A stretch of 63,732 nucleotides of DNA from an uncultured Treponema sp. (GCA_964563305.1 CAZLXK010000001.1:1-63732), one strand, 5' to 3'. Shown: positions 30,273 to 40,681, counted from the stretch's first letter. The notes: a model not told the origin generated them from the letters alone. Made by a program: numbers and translations.

Positions 30273-31391
30273 ATGCACGGCGGAAACATTTACACAAATA
30301 AAATAAAATATGATTTTTCAGTAAACGTAAATCCTTTGGGAATTCCAAAATCAGCGAAAAAAGTTGCATATAAAGCAATAAAAAATTCTTTTCAATATCC
30401 AGATTTAGAAAGTTCAGAATTAAAAAATTTGCTCGCAAAAAAATTTAATGTAAACAAAAATCAAATTTGTTTAGGAAACGGAGCATCAGAAATTTTAAAC
30501 GTTTTTATAAAATCCGCAAATTTAAAAAATGTTTTGCTAGTTGCTCCTTGTTTTACGAGTTATTCAAAAATCTTAAAAAATTCTAAAATCAATTATGAAT
30601 ATTTAAATTTGGCAGAAGAAAATAATTTTATTTTTGATGAAAACTTTACACAAAAAATTTTATTTGAATTAAAAAACAAGAATTACGATTTATTAATTTT
30701 GACAAATCCAAATAATCCGAATGGGAAAACGACAAACATAAACTTTATAAAAAAAATTGCCGCTGAATGTGAAAATCAAAATACATTTTTTTTACTCGAC
30801 GAATGTTTTATAGAATTAACTTTTCCAAAAGCAAAATCTTTTGTTCCTGAAATAAACAATTTTACTAAAGTTTTAATTTTGCGAGCGTTTACAAAGAGTT
30901 TTGCAATTCCTGGAATAAGATTAGGATTTTCAATTTCATCAGAAAAAATTTCTCAAAATCTTGAAAAAGAATTTCCTGAATGGAACATTTCTTTGATTGC
31001 ACAAAAAGTTGGAAGTGCGTGCTTAAAACAAAATTTAAAATATTTACGTAAAACGCAAAAAATTATTTATCGCGAAAAAAAATATTTAATTTCAAAGTTA
31101 AAAAAATTTCCTTTAAAGATTTTTCCAAGTGATGCAAATTTTATTTTATTTAAACTCGAAGAAAAATCTTCTTTAAAAAATTTATCAACACAAAACTCTA
31201 ACTTAAAAAAATCTAAAAATAAAAATCAACAAAATCTTTTTGAATATTTAAAAAGCAAAAAAATTTTAATTCGACTTTGCGACGACTACGAATCTCTTTC
31301 AGAAAATTTTTATAGAATCGCGATCAAAAATCATCATCAAAATAAAATTCTTGTAAAAAATTTGGAGGACTTTTTTTATGCAAAAAATTGA
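30273..31391 (+). CDS. cobD: Threonine-phosphate decarboxylase
   Basis: MHGGN, DFSVNVNPLG, NPNNPNG, FTKSFAIPGIRLG. Confidence 0.9.
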   Translation: MHGGNIYTNKIKYDFSVNVNPLGIPKSAKKVAYKAIKNSFQYPDLESSELKNLLAKKFNVNKNQICLGNGASEILNVFIKSANLKNVLLVAPCFTSYSKILKNSKINYEYLNLAEENNFIFDENFTQKILFELKNKNYDLLILTNPNNPNGKTTNINFIKKIAAECENQNTFFLLDECFIELTFPKAKSFVPEINNFTKVLILRAFTKSFAIPGIRLGFSISSEKISQNLEKEFPEWNISLIAQKVGSACLKQNLKYLRKTQKIIYREKKYLISKLKKFPLKIFPSDANFILFKLEEKSSLKNLSTQNSNLKKSKNKNQQNLFEYLKSKKILIRLCDDYESLSENFYRIAIKNHHQNKILVKNLEDFFYAKN

Positions 31392-32028
31392 ATATTTGAA
31401 TCCGTCAGAAATTGAAAAAAAAAGTTTTGAGATAATTTCTTGCGAACTTGAAAAAATGAATATAAAAATTCCTGACGAAGAAAAATCCATTACGCTTAGA
31501 ACAATTCACACAAGTGCAGATTTTGATTTTGCTAAGACAATGTTTTTTTCAAAAGGTTCAATCAAAATTGCAAAGAATTTAATTAAAAATGGTGCGGACA
31601 TTGTTTGCGACACAAATATGGCAAAGGCTGGAATCAATAAAAAAATTTTAGAAAAGTTTGGCGGAAAAATTCATTGTTTTATGGCGGACGAAGATGTTTG
31701 TCAAAAAGCGAAAAATTTAAAAATCACAAGAGCAAGTGCAAGTATGGAAAAGGCAAGCAAATTAAACAAGCCTTTAATTTTTGCAATTGGAAATGCGCCA
31801 ACAGCATTGCTTACTTTGTATGAAATGTTTGAAAAAAAAATTTATAAACCAGAATTTATTATTGGCGTTCCTGTTGGATTTGTGAATGTTGAACTTGCAA
31901 AAAATCTGATTTTAGAAACTGAAATTCCTTGCATAATAAATCGAGGACGAAAAGGCGGAAGTTCTATTGCAGCGGCAATTTGCAACGCTTTACTTTATGA
32001 TTTGGATAAAGAAAATAAAAAATTTTAA
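31378..32028 (+). CDS. cbiC: Cobalt-precorrin-8 methylmutase
   Basis: IEKKSF, GNAPTAL, PVGFV, GRKGGS. Confidence 0.93.
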   Translation: MQKIEYLNPSEIEKKSFEIISCELEKMNIKIPDEEKSITLRTIHTSADFDFAKTMFFSKGSIKIAKNLIKNGADIVCDTNMAKAGINKKILEKFGGKIHCFMADEDVCQKAKNLKITRASASMEKASKLNKPLIFAIGNAPTALLTLYEMFEKKIYKPEFIIGVPVGFVNVELAKNLILETEIPCIINRGRKGGSSIAAAICNALLYDLDKENKKF

Positions 32029-32042
32029 GGTAAGAAAAAAAT

Positions 32043-33155
32043 ATGAAATTTGGTTTTACAACTGGAACTTGTGCTGCGGCAACTGCAAAAGCGGCAACTT
32101 ATATGCTCTTAACAGGAAAAATTAAAAAATCCATCACAATCGAAACTCCTAAAGGAATTAATTTTTCTGCAAAAATAATCGACATTAAACGTTCAGAAAA
32201 AAAAGTAAGTTGTGCTGTTATAAAAGACGGCGGAGATGATCCTGACGTAACAAGCGGAGCTCACATTGTTTCGACTGTAAGTTTTCTTCCGCAAAAAATC
32301 GAGCTTGAAAAATCTTACGTAATCATAAAAGGCGGAAAAGGTGTTGGAAAAGTTACAAAGCCTGGCTTAGATCAAAAAGTGGGCGAGGATGCAATAAATT
32401 CTGTTCCGCGAAAAATGATTGAAAAAGAAGTTCTTGAAGTTTGTGCGTTGTGCGATTATAAAGGCGGAATTGAAGTTGAAGTTTCTGTTCCAGAAGGAAT
32501 AAATCTTGCAGAAAAAACTTTTAATCCGCGACTTGGAATTCTTGGTGGCATTTCGATTTTAGGAACAAGCGGAATTGTTGAACCTATGAGTAGCCAAGCT
32601 TTGAAAGACACAATTTACATCGAACTTAAACAACAAAAATTTTTAGGTCAAAAAGTTGCTTCAGTTTCGACGGGAAATTACGGTTTGGATTTTATGAAAA
32701 AAAATTTTGATTACAATCTTGATAAAAGCGTAAAGTGTTCAAATTTTATTGGAGAAACTCTTGATATGGCAGTTGATTTAGGATTTACAAAATTTCTTCT
32801 TTGCGGACACATCGGAAAACTTATAAAAATTTCTGGCGGAATTATGAACACTCATTCTAAAGAAGCCGATTGCAGAATGGAACTTTTAACTTGTGCTGCA
32901 ATAAAATCAGGTTGTAGTTTTAAAACAGCAAAAAAAATTCTTGATTCAGTTTCAAGCGAAGAAGGAATTTCTCTAATTAAAAATGAAGGAAAATTAGAAG
33001 CAACAATGAAATATGTTTTAGACAAAATTATGTTTTACTTAAACAAAAGAGCAAATGATAAACTTGAAATTGCTTGCATAATTTTTTCGAATCAATTTGG
33101 ATTGCTTTCAAAAACTGAAAACGCTTTAAATTTTCTTGAAGAATGTAAAAAATAG
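32043..33155 (+). CDS. cbiD: Cobalt-precorrin-5B C1-methyltransferase
   Basis: GFTTGTCA, KDGGDDPDVT, NPRLGILGGISILGTSG. Confidence 0.95.
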   Translation: MKFGFTTGTCAAATAKAATYMLLTGKIKKSITIETPKGINFSAKIIDIKRSEKKVSCAVIKDGGDDPDVTSGAHIVSTVSFLPQKIELEKSYVIIKGGKGVGKVTKPGLDQKVGEDAINSVPRKMIEKEVLEVCALCDYKGGIEVEVSVPEGINLAEKTFNPRLGILGGISILGTSGIVEPMSSQALKDTIYIELKQQKFLGQKVASVSTGNYGLDFMKKNFDYNLDKSVKCSNFIGETLDMAVDLGFTKFLLCGHIGKLIKISGGIMNTHSKEADCRMELLTCAAIKSGCSFKTAKKILDSVSSEEGISLIKNEGKLEATMKYVLDKIMFYLNKRANDKLEIACIIFSNQFGLLSKTENALNFLEECKK

Positions 33156-33219
33156 ATTTTAAAATAACGTGACTTTGCAGATTTAAATTTCAAAAATCAA
33201 AAAAAATCGAGGTGAAAAA

Positions 33220-33975
33220 ATGATTTATTTTGTGGGAGCGGGAAGTGGCGCTGTGGATTTAATTACAGTTCGCGGAATGAATTTAATAAAAAAAGCAGAC
33301 GTTATAATTTACGCTGGATCTTTAGTAAATCCAGAATTACTAAACTATGCAAAAGAAAATTGTAAAATCTACAACAGTGCAACAATGAACTTAGAAGAAA
33401 TCATAAATGCAATGTGCCTTGCCGAAAAAGAAAACAAACTAACGGTCAGACTTCACTCAGGCGAGCCAAGTATTTTTGGAGCGATTCGTGAACAAATGGA
33501 CGCTTTGGACAAAAAAAATATAAAGTATCAAAGTGTTCCCGGAGTTAGTGCTTGTTTTGCTGCGGCAGCAAGTTTAAATCTTGAGTTTACGCTTCCAGAC
33601 GTTTCGCAAACTTTAATCATCACAAGAATGCAAGGAAAAACTTTAGTTCCGCAAAAAGAAAATATTTCATCTTTAGCTTCACATCATTCTTCAATGGCAA
33701 TTTATTTAAGCAGCGGAATGTTAGAAGAACTTTCCAAAGAATTAATTAAAGGCGGATATTCAAAAGAAACGCCAGCAGCATTAATTTACAAAGCATCTTG
33801 GCCAGAAGAAAAAAAATTTTTGTGTACGCTAGAAAATTTAAGTTTGGTCGCAAAAGAAAATAATATAAAAAAAACTGCGGTTGTTTTGCTTGGTGATTTT
33901 ATAACATATTCAAATTACAAAAATTCGTGTTTGTATTCTGCGGATTTTGAAACAGAATTTCGCAAAAAAAACTGA
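33220..33975 (+). CDS. cbiF: Cobalt-precorrin-4 C11-methyltransferase
   Basis: VGAGSG, YAGSLV, RLHSGEPS. Confidence 0.93.
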   Translation: MIYFVGAGSGAVDLITVRGMNLIKKADVIIYAGSLVNPELLNYAKENCKIYNSATMNLEEIINAMCLAEKENKLTVRLHSGEPSIFGAIREQMDALDKKNIKYQSVPGVSACFAAAASLNLEFTLPDVSQTLIITRMQGKTLVPQKENISSLASHHSSMAIYLSSGMLEELSKELIKGGYSKETPAALIYKASWPEEKKFLCTLENLSLVAKENNIKKTAVVLLGDFITYSNYKNSCLYSADFETEFRKKN

Positions 33976-33984
33976 AGGTAAAAA

Positions 33985-35022
33985 ATGTTTATTTGCGTTG
34001 CTTCATTTACAAAAAATGGAAAATTTAAAGAAGAAGAATTAAAAAAAATTTTCCCAGAAATAATTTGGATTTCAAATTCAAACTTTTCAAATTTGCAAGA
34101 TTTTATAAAAAATGCATTTTCTAAAAAACTTCCAATTTTATTTATTTCTTCTTGTGGAATTGCGATTAGAGAAATTTCACCTTTTGTAAAAGACAAATTT
34201 TTAGATTCGCCAGTTTTAGTAATGGACGAAAAATCAAAATATATAATTCCGCTACTTTCGTGTCATTTAGGCGGAGCAAATAAAATTGCAAAAAAACTTT
34301 CTCAAAAACTTTCCGCAATTCCCGTAATCACAACTGCAACTGATGTTCAAGAAAAATTTAGAATTGATGTGTTTGCAAAAAATAATGGACTAAAAATTTT
34401 GAATCGTGACGGAATAAAAAAAATTTCTTCAAAAATTTTAAACGATGAAATTGTAAATATTTTTATAGATGAAAAAATAAATTATTCAAAACTTGACATT
34501 CCAAAATGTTTTAAAATTATTTCACAAAACGAATTTTCTGATTTTGAAAATTTAAAAATTGATGTAAGAATAGATTTTACATCAGAAAAACAAAATTGCC
34601 TTTTACACTTGAGCCCAAAATTGTATTGTGTTGGAATTGGTTGCAAAAAAAATAAATCTTTTGAAGAACTTTATGATTTTTTAAAAATCACTTTTTGCAA
34701 AAACAATTTACAACTTGAAGACATAAAATCAATTTCTTCAATCAACATAAAAAAAGACGAAATGGGACTTTTAGTTTTATCACAATTTTTAAATGTTCCG
34801 TTTTACACTTTTTCCGCAGAAGAATTAAATAATGTCAAAGGAAATTTTGAAAGTTCTGATTTTGTAAAAGCAACAACTGGCGTTTCAAATATTTGTGAGC
34901 GAGCGGCAAAATTAAGTTCTGGCGAAGATGGAAAAATCATCTTAAAAAAAACAGTTTATAATGGAATGACACTTGCAGTTGCAAAACAAGAATCAATAAA
35001 TTTAAATTGGAATGATGAATAA
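33985..35022 (+). CDS. cbiG: Cobalt-precorrin-5A hydrolase
   Basis: DKFLDSPV, HLGGAN, VITTATD, GIGCKK. Confidence 0.92.
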   Translation: MFICVASFTKNGKFKEEELKKIFPEIIWISNSNFSNLQDFIKNAFSKKLPILFISSCGIAIREISPFVKDKFLDSPVLVMDEKSKYIIPLLSCHLGGANKIAKKLSQKLSAIPVITTATDVQEKFRIDVFAKNNGLKILNRDGIKKISSKILNDEIVNIFIDEKINYSKLDIPKCFKIISQNEFSDFENLKIDVRIDFTSEKQNCLLHLSPKLYCVGIGCKKNKSFEELYDFLKITFCKNNLQLEDIKSISSINIKKDEMGLLVLSQFLNVPFYTFSAEELNNVKGNFESSDFVKATTGVSNICERAAKLSSGEDGKIILKKTVYNGMTLAVAKQESINLNWNDE

Positions 35023-35797
35023 AAAGGAAATGCGAAAGATGAAAAAGCAGATTTTTATTGTAGGAATTGGTCCCGGAAATATTCAAATGATGACAAATCA
35101 AGCTCAAGAAATTTTAAATAAATGCGACATTATCGTAGGTTATAAAACTTACGTCGATTTAATAAAAAATTATTTTCCTTCAAAAGAATTTATTTCAAGT
35201 TCAATGCACGAAGAATTAAAAAGATGCGAACTTTGTTTTAATTTTGCGCTCGAAGGAAAAATTGTCGCTTTAATTTCAAGCGGCGATCCTGGAATTTACG
35301 GAATGGCTTCTCCAATGTTTGAAACGAAACAAAAGAATCCGCTTTATCAAGATGTTGAACTTGTTGTAATTCCGGGCATTACAGCGGCAAGTTCAGGAAG
35401 TGCAATTTTAGGGGCGCCACTTAACAACGATTTTTGCGTAATAAGTTTGAGCGATTTAATGACAAGTTGGAAAGTAATCGAAAAAAGATTAATTGCCGCA
35501 GTTCAAGGTGATTTTGCAATTTCGATTTATAATCCTGCAAGTCACAAACGCAAAGATTATTTAAAACGTGCTTGCGAAATTCTTTTAAATGCTGGAGCAA
35601 AAAAAACAAGAGCGTGTGCTTATGTTGAAAATATTGGAAGGCAAGAAACAAAAGTAAAAGTCTGCAATTTAGATGAATTAAAAAATTGTGAAATAAATAT
35701 GTTTACAACAGTTTTTATTGGAAATTCTCAAACAGAAATTTTTACTGAAAAAAATGATGTAAAAAAACTTATTACAAAACGCGGTTATAAAATATGA
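35012..35797 (+). CDS. cbiH: Cobalt-factor III C17-methyltransferase
   Basis: VGIGPG, SSGDPGIYGMA, ISLSDL, YNP, TKRGY; start may be ATG 35039. Confidence 0.92.
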   Translation: MMNKKEMRKMKKQIFIVGIGPGNIQMMTNQAQEILNKCDIIVGYKTYVDLIKNYFPSKEFISSSMHEELKRCELCFNFALEGKIVALISSGDPGIYGMASPMFETKQKNPLYQDVELVVIPGITAASSGSAILGAPLNNDFCVISLSDLMTSWKVIEKRLIAAVQGDFAISIYNPASHKRKDYLKRACEILLNAGAKKTRACAYVENIGRQETKVKVCNLDELKNCEINMFTTVFIGNSQTEIFTEKNDVKKLITKRGYKI

Positions 35798-37269
35798 AAA
35801 ACATTTTGATTTTTGGCGGAACAACAGAAGGCAGAATAATTTGTCAAATTCTCTTAAAGCAAAATTTAAATGTTGATTTATGCGTTGCAACTGAATACGG
35901 AGAGAAAGTTCTTGAAAAACAAAAAAACTTAAACATAAAAATTGGTCGCTTAAATCAAACTGAAATAAAAAATTTGTATGAAGAAAAAAAATATTCTTTA
36001 GTTATAGACGCAACTCATCCGTTTGCAAAAATCATATCAGAAAATATTTTTGAAAGTTTAAAAGATAAAGTTCAAATTTTAAAAATACAAAGAAATTTAA
36101 ATCATCTTGATGAAGAAAATTGTAAATATTTTTATGACATCAAATCTTGCGTAGAAGAATTAAAAGAAACGCAAGGAAATATTTTGTTAACAACTGGAAG
36201 TAAAAATTTAGAAGTTTTTACAGAATATGAAAACTTAAGAAAAAGATTAATTGTAAGGATTTTACCGAGTCAAGAAAGTTTTAAAATCTGCAACGAAAAT
36301 AAAATTGAAGGAAAACAAATTATTGCAATGCAAGGTCCGTTTTCAAAAGAAATGAATGAAGTTCAAATTGAAGATTATAAAATCAAAATTCTAGTCGCAA
36401 AAGAAAGCGGAAAAAATGGCGGACTTAACGAAAAAATTCTTGCAGCAAAAAACAAAAATATAAAATGTTTTATAATAAAATCTGAAAAATCACAAAATCA
36501 TTTTTGTAAAAATTACATTGAAGTTTCTAATTTACAAAACGCAGTAAAAATCTTAAATCAAATTTTAAACACAAAAATCATTTTAGAAAATAAATTAAAT
36601 ATAAATCTTTTGGGAATTGGAATGGGAAATGAAGAAACGATGACAATTTGTGCAAAAAACATTTTAGAAAATTCTAATTATATTTTTGGTTCACCAAGAA
36701 TGATAAACGCTGCAAAAACTAAAGCGAAAAAATTTCCTTATTATCTTGCAAAAGATGTTATAAAAATTTTAGAAGAAATAAGAAACGAAAACTTTGGACA
36801 AACTGAAATTTCAATTTTATTTTCAGGCGACACAGGATTTTTTAGTGGAGCAAAAAATTTAAAACTTGAACTTGAAAAATTCTATAAAAACAATCAAAAC
36901 GTAAAAATAAATATTTTTCCAGGAATTTCTTCGCTTTCTTATTTAAGTTCAAAATGTGGTTTTGATTATCAAGATTCAAAAATCATCAGTTTGCATGGAA
37001 CTCAAGAAAATATTTGGAAAGTAAAAATGCAAAACGCTTTAATAAATCGCGAAAAAATTTTTTTTCTTACAAGCGGAATTGAAGATATTTATAAAATTGC
37101 AAACTTAATTTTAGAAATTTCAAAAAATGATTTTTTAAATTGCAAATTATTTTTAGGTTTTCAACTTTCTTATCCAGAAGAAAAAATTTTTATTTTAAAT
37201 CCTGAAGAATGTTTTAAAATTCAAGAAAATGGTTTGTATTGCGGATTTATAATTTTTGATGAAAACTAA
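35794..37269 (+). CDS. cbiJ: Cobalt-precorrin-6A reductase / C5-methyltransferase fusion (CbiJ-CbiE)
   Basis: GGTTEG, DATHPFA, MQGPFS; then GIGMG, SGDTGFFSGA, PGISS. Confidence 0.88.
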   Translation: MKNILIFGGTTEGRIICQILLKQNLNVDLCVATEYGEKVLEKQKNLNIKIGRLNQTEIKNLYEEKKYSLVIDATHPFAKIISENIFESLKDKVQILKIQRNLNHLDEENCKYFYDIKSCVEELKETQGNILLTTGSKNLEVFTEYENLRKRLIVRILPSQESFKICNENKIEGKQIIAMQGPFSKEMNEVQIEDYKIKILVAKESGKNGGLNEKILAAKNKNIKCFIIKSEKSQNHFCKNYIEVSNLQNAVKILNQILNTKIILENKLNINLLGIGMGNEETMTICAKNILENSNYIFGSPRMINAAKTKAKKFPYYLAKDVIKILEEIRNENFGQTEISILFSGDTGFFSGAKNLKLELEKFYKNNQNVKINIFPGISSLSYLSSKCGFDYQDSKIISLHGTQENIWKVKMQNALINREKIFFLTSGIEDIYKIANLILEISKNDFLNCKLFLGFQLSYPEEKIFILNPEECFKIQENGLYCGFIIFDEN

Positions 37270-37296
37270 AATCAAATTAAAATTGGAGAAAATTTT

Positions 37297-37905
37297 ATGT
37301 GCGACTTTACAAAAAATTTTACAAATAAAATTACGCCAGGAATTCCTGATTCAGAATTTTTGAGAAGTGATGTTCCAATGACAAAAGAAGAAGTGCGAGA
37401 AATTTCGCTTTGCAAATTAAACTTAAAAAAAGATTCTGTTCTTTACGATGTTGGTTGCGGAACTGGAAGCATTTCGATTGAAAGTTCACTTTTATCACCA
37501 AAAATAAAAATTTTTGCAATCGACTCAAATCCAAAAGCGTGTGAACTTTGCGAAAAAAATCAAAAAAAATTTAACTGCAAAAATATTCAGATTATAAATG
37601 AAACTGCTCCACAAGCATTTGAAAATCTTTTAAAACCAAGCCACGCTTTTATTGGCGGAAGTGGCGGAAAATTAAACGAAATTCTAACTTCACTTTACGA
37701 AAAAAATTCAAATATTAGAGTTGTAATAAACGCTGTTACACTTGAATCGATAAGTCAAATTGAAAAAATATTAAAGACTTTTCCAATTCAAAACGATGAA
37801 ATAACTTTAGTTACAATAAGCAAAGCAAAAAAAATTTCAAACTTTAATATTTTAAATGCATTAAATCCAGTTTTTGTATTTTCTTTTAATTTTAAGTCGA
37901 ATTAA
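37297..37905 (+). CDS. cbiT: Cobalt-precorrin-6B C15-methyltransferase
   Basis: VPMTKEEVR, DVGCGTGS, FIGGSGG. Confidence 0.92.
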   Translation: MCDFTKNFTNKITPGIPDSEFLRSDVPMTKEEVREISLCKLNLKKDSVLYDVGCGTGSISIESSLLSPKIKIFAIDSNPKACELCEKNQKKFNCKNIQIINETAPQAFENLLKPSHAFIGGSGGKLNEILTSLYEKNSNIRVVINAVTLESISQIEKILKTFPIQNDEITLVTISKAKKISNFNILNALNPVFVFSFNFKSN

Positions 37906-37956
37906 AAAAAACTGATTTTAAAATTTCAAAATTTACAAAAATCGTTAGGCGAAAAA

Positions 37957-39789
37957 ATGAAAAAAATTGTAAAAAAAATTCCGCGAATCATAATTGCTTC
38001 TCCAAAAAGTGGAAGTGGAAAAACTTTAATCAGCATTTCTTTAATGAAATATTTTTCGATGAACGGCAAAAAAGTAAATGCTTTTAAATGCGGACCAGAT
38101 TTTATAGATCCAATGTTTCATAAAAAAATTTTAGAACTTCCGTCAAGAAATTTAGATTTATTTTTCACTGATGAAGAAAAAACAAAAATCATCTTTTCTA
38201 AAGAAAACGACAGCGACATTTCAATAATCGAAGGCGTTATGGGACTTTACGACGGACTTGGAACTACAACACAAAAAGCGTCAACTTATCATCTTGCGAA
38301 AACCTTAAATTGTCCAATAATTTTTGTACTTGATGCTAGCGGAATGGCGTTAAGTATTTTGGCTGAACTAGAAGGATTTTTTTTCGCGGACAAAAAAAAT
38401 TTAATCAAAGGAATAATTTTAAACAACGCGTCAAAAATGTTTTTTGAAAACTTGAGTCCTTTAATCGAAAAAAAATTTAAAACAAAAGTTTTAGGTTATT
38501 TTCCAAAACAAAAAGATTTAAAAATTGAAACGAGATATTTGGGATTAAAACTTCCTGACGAAATAAAAAATCTAAAAGACTTAACAAAAAAAAGTGCAGA
38601 AATTTTATCTAAAACTGTTGATTTAAATGCGATTTATAAAATTGCAAAAAACGCTTCGCCTTTAAAAATCAAAATCAAAACTGACGAAAAATCAGAAAGT
38701 AAAGAATTTGAAAATTTTGAAAATCAGCAAAATCCACAGAATCAAAATCAAATTAAAATTGCACTTGCAAAAGATGAAGCGTTTTGTTTTTACTACGAAG
38801 ACAATTTGAATCTTTTAAAAAAAAATGGAGCACAAATTGTTGAGTTTTCGCCTTTGCACGACAAAGAACTTCCAGAAAATATTTGCGGAATAATTTTAGG
38901 TGGCGGATATCCAGAACTTTTTGCACAAGAACTTGAATCAAACTTGCAAATGAAAAAGTCGATTGTAAACGCAATTCAAAAAGGCGTTCCGTCGGTTGCA
39001 GAATGTGGCGGATTTATGTATCTTCATAAAAATTTAATTTTAAAAAATAAAAAATCTTATAAAATGCTCGGAATAATTGATGGTGATGTTTTTGACAAAA
39101 ATAAACTTGTACGATTTGGTTACGTTTCGATTAAAGAAAAAAATCCAAGTTTCTTAAAAAATAATTCAATTATAAAAGGACACGAGTTTCATTATTTTGA
39201 CAGCACAAATAACGGAAGCTCTTGCATTTGTGAAAAACCAATTTCAAAAAAAACTTGGGAATCTTCTTTTACTGGAAAAAATTTTTGGTGGGGATTTACG
39301 CATTTATATTATGAGTCAAATCCTGATTTTGCAAAAAAATTTATTGATGAATGTAGAAAATTTAAGCAACTTAATGAAAATAAAATTATTGCAAGTAATT
39401 CTGATTTAAAAAGTTTTGAAAAAGCAGATAAAAACTTTTGTGAAAAATTTGTAAATCAAACAGAAAAATTTTCTGAAGAAACAAATCTGCAAAATCTTGC
39501 TGAACAAAATTTTCAGAATTCTCAAAATCAACAAAACGCACAAAGTCAAAATTATAAATTTTTTCAAAATACAAAATGCGAAAATTTTCCTTGTCATAAA
39601 ATTGAAAAACTCGAAGATTTTAATTGTTTATTTTGTTATTGTCCTTTGTATTTTCTTGGTGAAAAATGTGGCGGAAATTTTTACTTTACAAACTCTGGAA
39701 TTAAATCTTGTAAAAATTGCAACTTTCCGCACAAAAGAGAAAACTTTGATGAAATAAATTTACGCTTAAAAGAAATTTTGAAATCCTAG
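37957..39789 (+). CDS. cbiA: Cobyrinate a,c-diamide synthase fused to a C-terminal cysteine-rich small domain
   Basis: SGSGKT, KCGPDFIDP, AECGGFMY, GHEFHY; C-terminal CENFPCH..NCLFCYCPLY..C..C..PH. Confidence 0.9.
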   Translation: MKKIVKKIPRIIIASPKSGSGKTLISISLMKYFSMNGKKVNAFKCGPDFIDPMFHKKILELPSRNLDLFFTDEEKTKIIFSKENDSDISIIEGVMGLYDGLGTTTQKASTYHLAKTLNCPIIFVLDASGMALSILAELEGFFFADKKNLIKGIILNNASKMFFENLSPLIEKKFKTKVLGYFPKQKDLKIETRYLGLKLPDEIKNLKDLTKKSAEILSKTVDLNAIYKIAKNASPLKIKIKTDEKSESKEFENFENQQNPQNQNQIKIALAKDEAFCFYYEDNLNLLKKNGAQIVEFSPLHDKELPENICGIILGGGYPELFAQELESNLQMKKSIVNAIQKGVPSVAECGGFMYLHKNLILKNKKSYKMLGIIDGDVFDKNKLVRFGYVSIKEKNPSFLKNNSIIKGHEFHYFDSTNNGSSCICEKPISKKTWESSFTGKNFWWGFTHLYYESNPDFAKKFIDECRKFKQLNENKIIASNSDLKSFEKADKNFCEKFVNQTEKFSEETNLQNLAEQNFQNSQNQQNAQSQNYKFFQNTKCENFPCHKIEKLEDFNCLFCYCPLYFLGEKCGGNFYFTNSGIKSCKNCNFPHKRENFDEINLRLKEILKS

Positions 39790-39932
39790 CCCGCCGTGTA
39801 GCCATTGCGAAGCAAGCCACCGCAACAAAGTGAGGAGGCCGAGCGTGAGTGAGTGGCGGAAGGGCGGTTTTGTTTTAGGGCGAACACTTTGCATAGTTGA
39901 TATTTTTACAAAAATAAAAATTCGCTCCAAAT
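39784..39932 (+). repeat. Dispersed modular repeat copy; supplies the cbiA stop codon
   Basis: TAGCCCGCC at 39787 (TAG is the cbiA stop), GGGCGG at 39862, GCTCC at 39924. Confidence 0.85.
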
Positions 39933-39990
39933 CAAAATCAAAAAAAATAAAAATTTTACAATTAACAAAATTCATTTTACAATAAATTTT

Positions 39991-40668
39991 ATGAGCGAAA
40001 TTAAAACTATTGAAATTAAAAAAAGTGTTTTTTCGGACAACACAAAAATTGCAAACGAACTTAGAGAAAATCTTAGCGAAAAAGGAATTTTTCTTTTAAA
40101 CTTAATGTCGTCGCCGGGAAGTGGAAAAACTACAACGCTGATAAATTTAATAAATCGACTAAAAGACAAAATCAAAATTGCGGTTATGGAAGCCGACGTT
40201 GATTCAAATGTGGACGCTGAAAAAATTCAAAACGCAACTGGAATTCAAACGCTTCAAATTCACACTGGCGGATTGTGTCACATGGACGCGTCGATGGTTA
40301 AGCAGGGAATTGAAAATTTGGATCTTTCAAATATCGATTTGTGCATTTTGGAAAACGTTGGAAATCTTGTTTGCCCTGCGGAATTTGACACTGGAGCGTC
40401 GCTAAACATTATGTTGCTTTCTGTTCCTGAAGGCGATGACAAACCAATAAAATATCCGCTGATGTTTTCGACTGTGGATTTGGTTGTGGTTAATAAAATT
40501 GATGTTTTAAAACTTTTTAATTTTGATATAAAAAGATTTGAAGAAAATGTTAAGTCAAGAAATCCAAACGCAAAGATTATGCAAATTTCTGCAAAAACCG
40601 GATTTGGCGTTCAAAACTTAGCAGACTTTATTTTAGATTTTACTTTGAAGTTTAAGAATCAACATTAA
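39991..40668 (+). CDS. hypB: Nickel incorporation GTPase
   Basis: SSPGSGKT, GGLCH, ENVGNLVCPA, KYPLMF, NKID. Confidence 0.93.
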   Translation: MSEIKTIEIKKSVFSDNTKIANELRENLSEKGIFLLNLMSSPGSGKTTTLINLINRLKDKIKIAVMEADVDSNVDAEKIQNATGIQTLQIHTGGLCHMDASMVKQGIENLDLSNIDLCILENVGNLVCPAEFDTGASLNIMLLSVPEGDDKPIKYPLMFSTVDLVVVNKIDVLKLFNFDIKRFEENVKSRNPNAKIMQISAKTGFGVQNLADFILDFTLKFKNQH

Positions 40669-40681
40669 AATTACAATTTTA

